NCBI GenBank assembly: GCA_035306305.1
Contig: DATGOD010000078.1
Coordinates: forward strand, 1-58,758
DNA: 58,758 nucleotides
Reading direction: 5' to 3'
Source: Flavobacterium sp.
Lineage (GTDB): Bacteria; Bacteroidota; Bacteroidia; Flavobacteriales; Flavobacteriaceae
A program made the position numbers and the translations under genes. Position 1 is the first letter of the stretch. The number at the start of each line of letters is the position of its first letter. Positions 57,178-58,758 of this stretch are shown here, piece after piece. Under the pieces are notes generated by a model, which made no database searches, was not told where the DNA came from, and saw only the letters and a list, made by a program, of their open reading frames with translations.

Positions 57178-58278
57178 ATGATGAAAGTTATCACTCAATT
57201 TGCCCGATTCGTTGTGGGCGTGCTATTTATAATTTCAGGATTAATTAAACTCAATGACCCTCTGGGATTTTCTTTTAAACTCGATGAATATTTCGCAGAA
57301 GATGTGTTCAATATGCCGTTTCTCCAGCCATTAGCGTTGTGGTTTGCCTTGTTTGTGGTAATCGTTGAAGTACTTTTGGGCGTGATGTTGCTCATCGGTT
57401 ACAAACGAAAATTCACGCTTTGGGCACTTTTTGCGATGATTGTGTTTTTCACCTTCCTCACATTCTATTCGGCATACTTTAATAAAGTTACCGATTGCGG
57501 ATGTTTTGGAGATGCTATTCCGCTCACACCGTGGCAATCGTTCTATAAAGACATTGCTTTGCTGGTGTTGATTTTGATATTATTAGCCGGACGTAAATAT
57601 ATCAACCCGATTTTTAGAGCAGGCAAAGGAGCAGTTGTTGTACTCATCAGCTTGATATTATGTGCAGGATTTGGTTATTATGTGCTCAATCATTTGCCGG
57701 TTGTTGACTTTAGACCTTACAAAATCGGAGCAGATATTGAAAAAGGCATGGAGTTTCCGGAAGGAGCACCCAAAGATGTTTTTGATATCCAATTTATTTA
57801 CGATGTAGGTGGCGAAGAAGTAGCGTTCTCTATGGAAAACTTAGGAGATATTCCAGAAGGAGCCGATTTGATTGAAAGAAAAGAAACATTGATTTCTAAA
57901 GGATATGAACCACCGATTCACGATTTTTCTATTGAGAAGTTTGGAGACGATTATACTGAAGATTATCTGAACGAACCCAAAGTTATTTTGGTTATCGCTT
58001 ATGATTTGAACAAAACCGACATCGAAGGTTTTCAACAAATGGTTGAATTAGAACAAAAAGCTTATGATAAAGGTTACGAAATCATTGGATTAACTTCTTC
58101 TTCAGATGATATTATAGAAGAAGTAAAAAATCAAAGTCAGGTTGGTTTTGAATTTTATTTCTGCGATGCCACCACATTGAAAACCATTGTACGTGCTAAT
58201 CCGGGTGTGGTCGTGATGGAATATGGCGTGATTAAAGATAAGAAACATTGGAATGATGTCGATAAACTAAAATTCTAA
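57178..58278 (+). CDS. DoxX/MauE-like membrane protein with thioredoxin-like C-terminus (BT_3928 family)
   Basis: SGLIKLNDPLGF, DCGCFGD and TIVRANPG motifs. Confidence 0.82.
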   Translation: MMKVITQFARFVVGVLFIISGLIKLNDPLGFSFKLDEYFAEDVFNMPFLQPLALWFALFVVIVEVLLGVMLLIGYKRKFTLWALFAMIVFFTFLTFYSAYFNKVTDCGCFGDAIPLTPWQSFYKDIALLVLILILLAGRKYINPIFRAGKGAVVVLISLILCAGFGYYVLNHLPVVDFRPYKIGADIEKGMEFPEGAPKDVFDIQFIYDVGGEEVAFSMENLGDIPEGADLIERKETLISKGYEPPIHDFSIEKFGDDYTEDYLNEPKVILVIAYDLNKTDIEGFQQMVELEQKAYDKGYEIIGLTSSSDDIIEEVKNQSQVGFEFYFCDATTLKTIVRANPGVVVMEYGVIKDKKHWNDVDKLKF

Positions 58279-58280
58279 AA

Positions 58281-58758
58281 TTGGTTAGATATATTATCCA
58301 TAAAATAGGATATGCTTTGCTCACGATGTTTGGCGTGGTAACTGTGGTGTTTTTTTTGTTTAACATTTTGCCCGGCGATCCGGCACGGATGATGCTCGAC
58401 CAAAACGAAAATTCTGAGCAGTTGGCAATCATCAAAAAGAAATACGGATTTGACCAACCGATTTACAAGCAGTATCTGTTGTATCTCAACGATATTTCGC
58501 CAGTATCTGTGCATAGTAAAAAAACGGATGATTATTCCTTTTTTTCGGATAAATACAACGGAAAAATATTGTTTGAGACAAGCAACAATCAAGTTGCGGT
58601 GAAAACACCTTATTTGCGAGAAAGCTTTCAGAAAAACGGCAAACCCGTTACAGATATTATCGCCGGAACATTGCCCAACACCATTTTTTTGGCGTGTTTC
58701 GCCATCGGCATTGCGATTGTTGTCGGATTAGTATTAGGTGTCTTCTCAGCTTTATATG
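58281..58758 (+). CDS. Peptide/nickel ABC transporter permease (DppB/OppB-like), truncated by window end
   Basis: Not in the ORF track because it has no stop. TTG 58281 reads MVRYIIHKIGYALLTMFGVVTVVFFLFNILPGDPARMML...YGFDQPIYKQYLLYL...LPNT. Confidence 0.88.
   Translation, partial: MVRYIIHKIGYALLTMFGVVTVVFFLFNILPGDPARMMLDQNENSEQLAIIKKKYGFDQPIYKQYLLYLNDISPVSVHSKKTDDYSFFSDKYNGKILFETSNNQVAVKTPYLRESFQKNGKPVTDIIAGTLPNTIFLACFAIGIAIVVGLVLGVFSALY

Noticed and set aside
58275-58592. 105-aa ORF on the - strand
   Set aside because: Antisense to the ABC permease that starts at 58281 and runs off the window.

Overview
AT-rich chromosomal window from a Bacteroidota bacterium, most likely Flavobacteriaceae. 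The assignment rests on TAnnTTTG -7 promoter motifs, the lack of Shine-Dalgarno sites and the gene content. It is mostly intact housekeeping genes: aroK, ferritin, dapA, split 5'-nucleotidase, exbB-exbD-exbD-tonB, pssA, PorV-like, lnb, mazG, def, glmM, ABC-F, DUF47-PiT, rsmE, tsaD, tamB-pfkA-gap, dps/oxyR, hutG/hutI, ribB-lptF-lolA-ftsK-dgkA-kdsA, ppk1-ppx and folP. The left edge is the end of an integrated element: an IS982 3' end inserted in a decayed large serine recombinase that runs into two tandem tRNA-Lys genes. Accessory genes are a ParDE-type toxin-antitoxin pair, an orphan GAD/Tdi1 immunity gene and a secreted protein with a 45-bp tandem repeat. The most interesting signals are non-coding: (i) a compact cobalamin riboswitch in front of an acyl-CoA thioesterase, (ii) a promoter-hairpin-terminator unit between hutG and hutI that looks like an unannotated sRNA with an anti-AUG seed, (iii) a structured GC-rich element upstream of ppk1, and (iv) pho-box-like 11-bp repeats and face-to-face promoters. 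All calls come from reading the sequence by eye; no searches were run.
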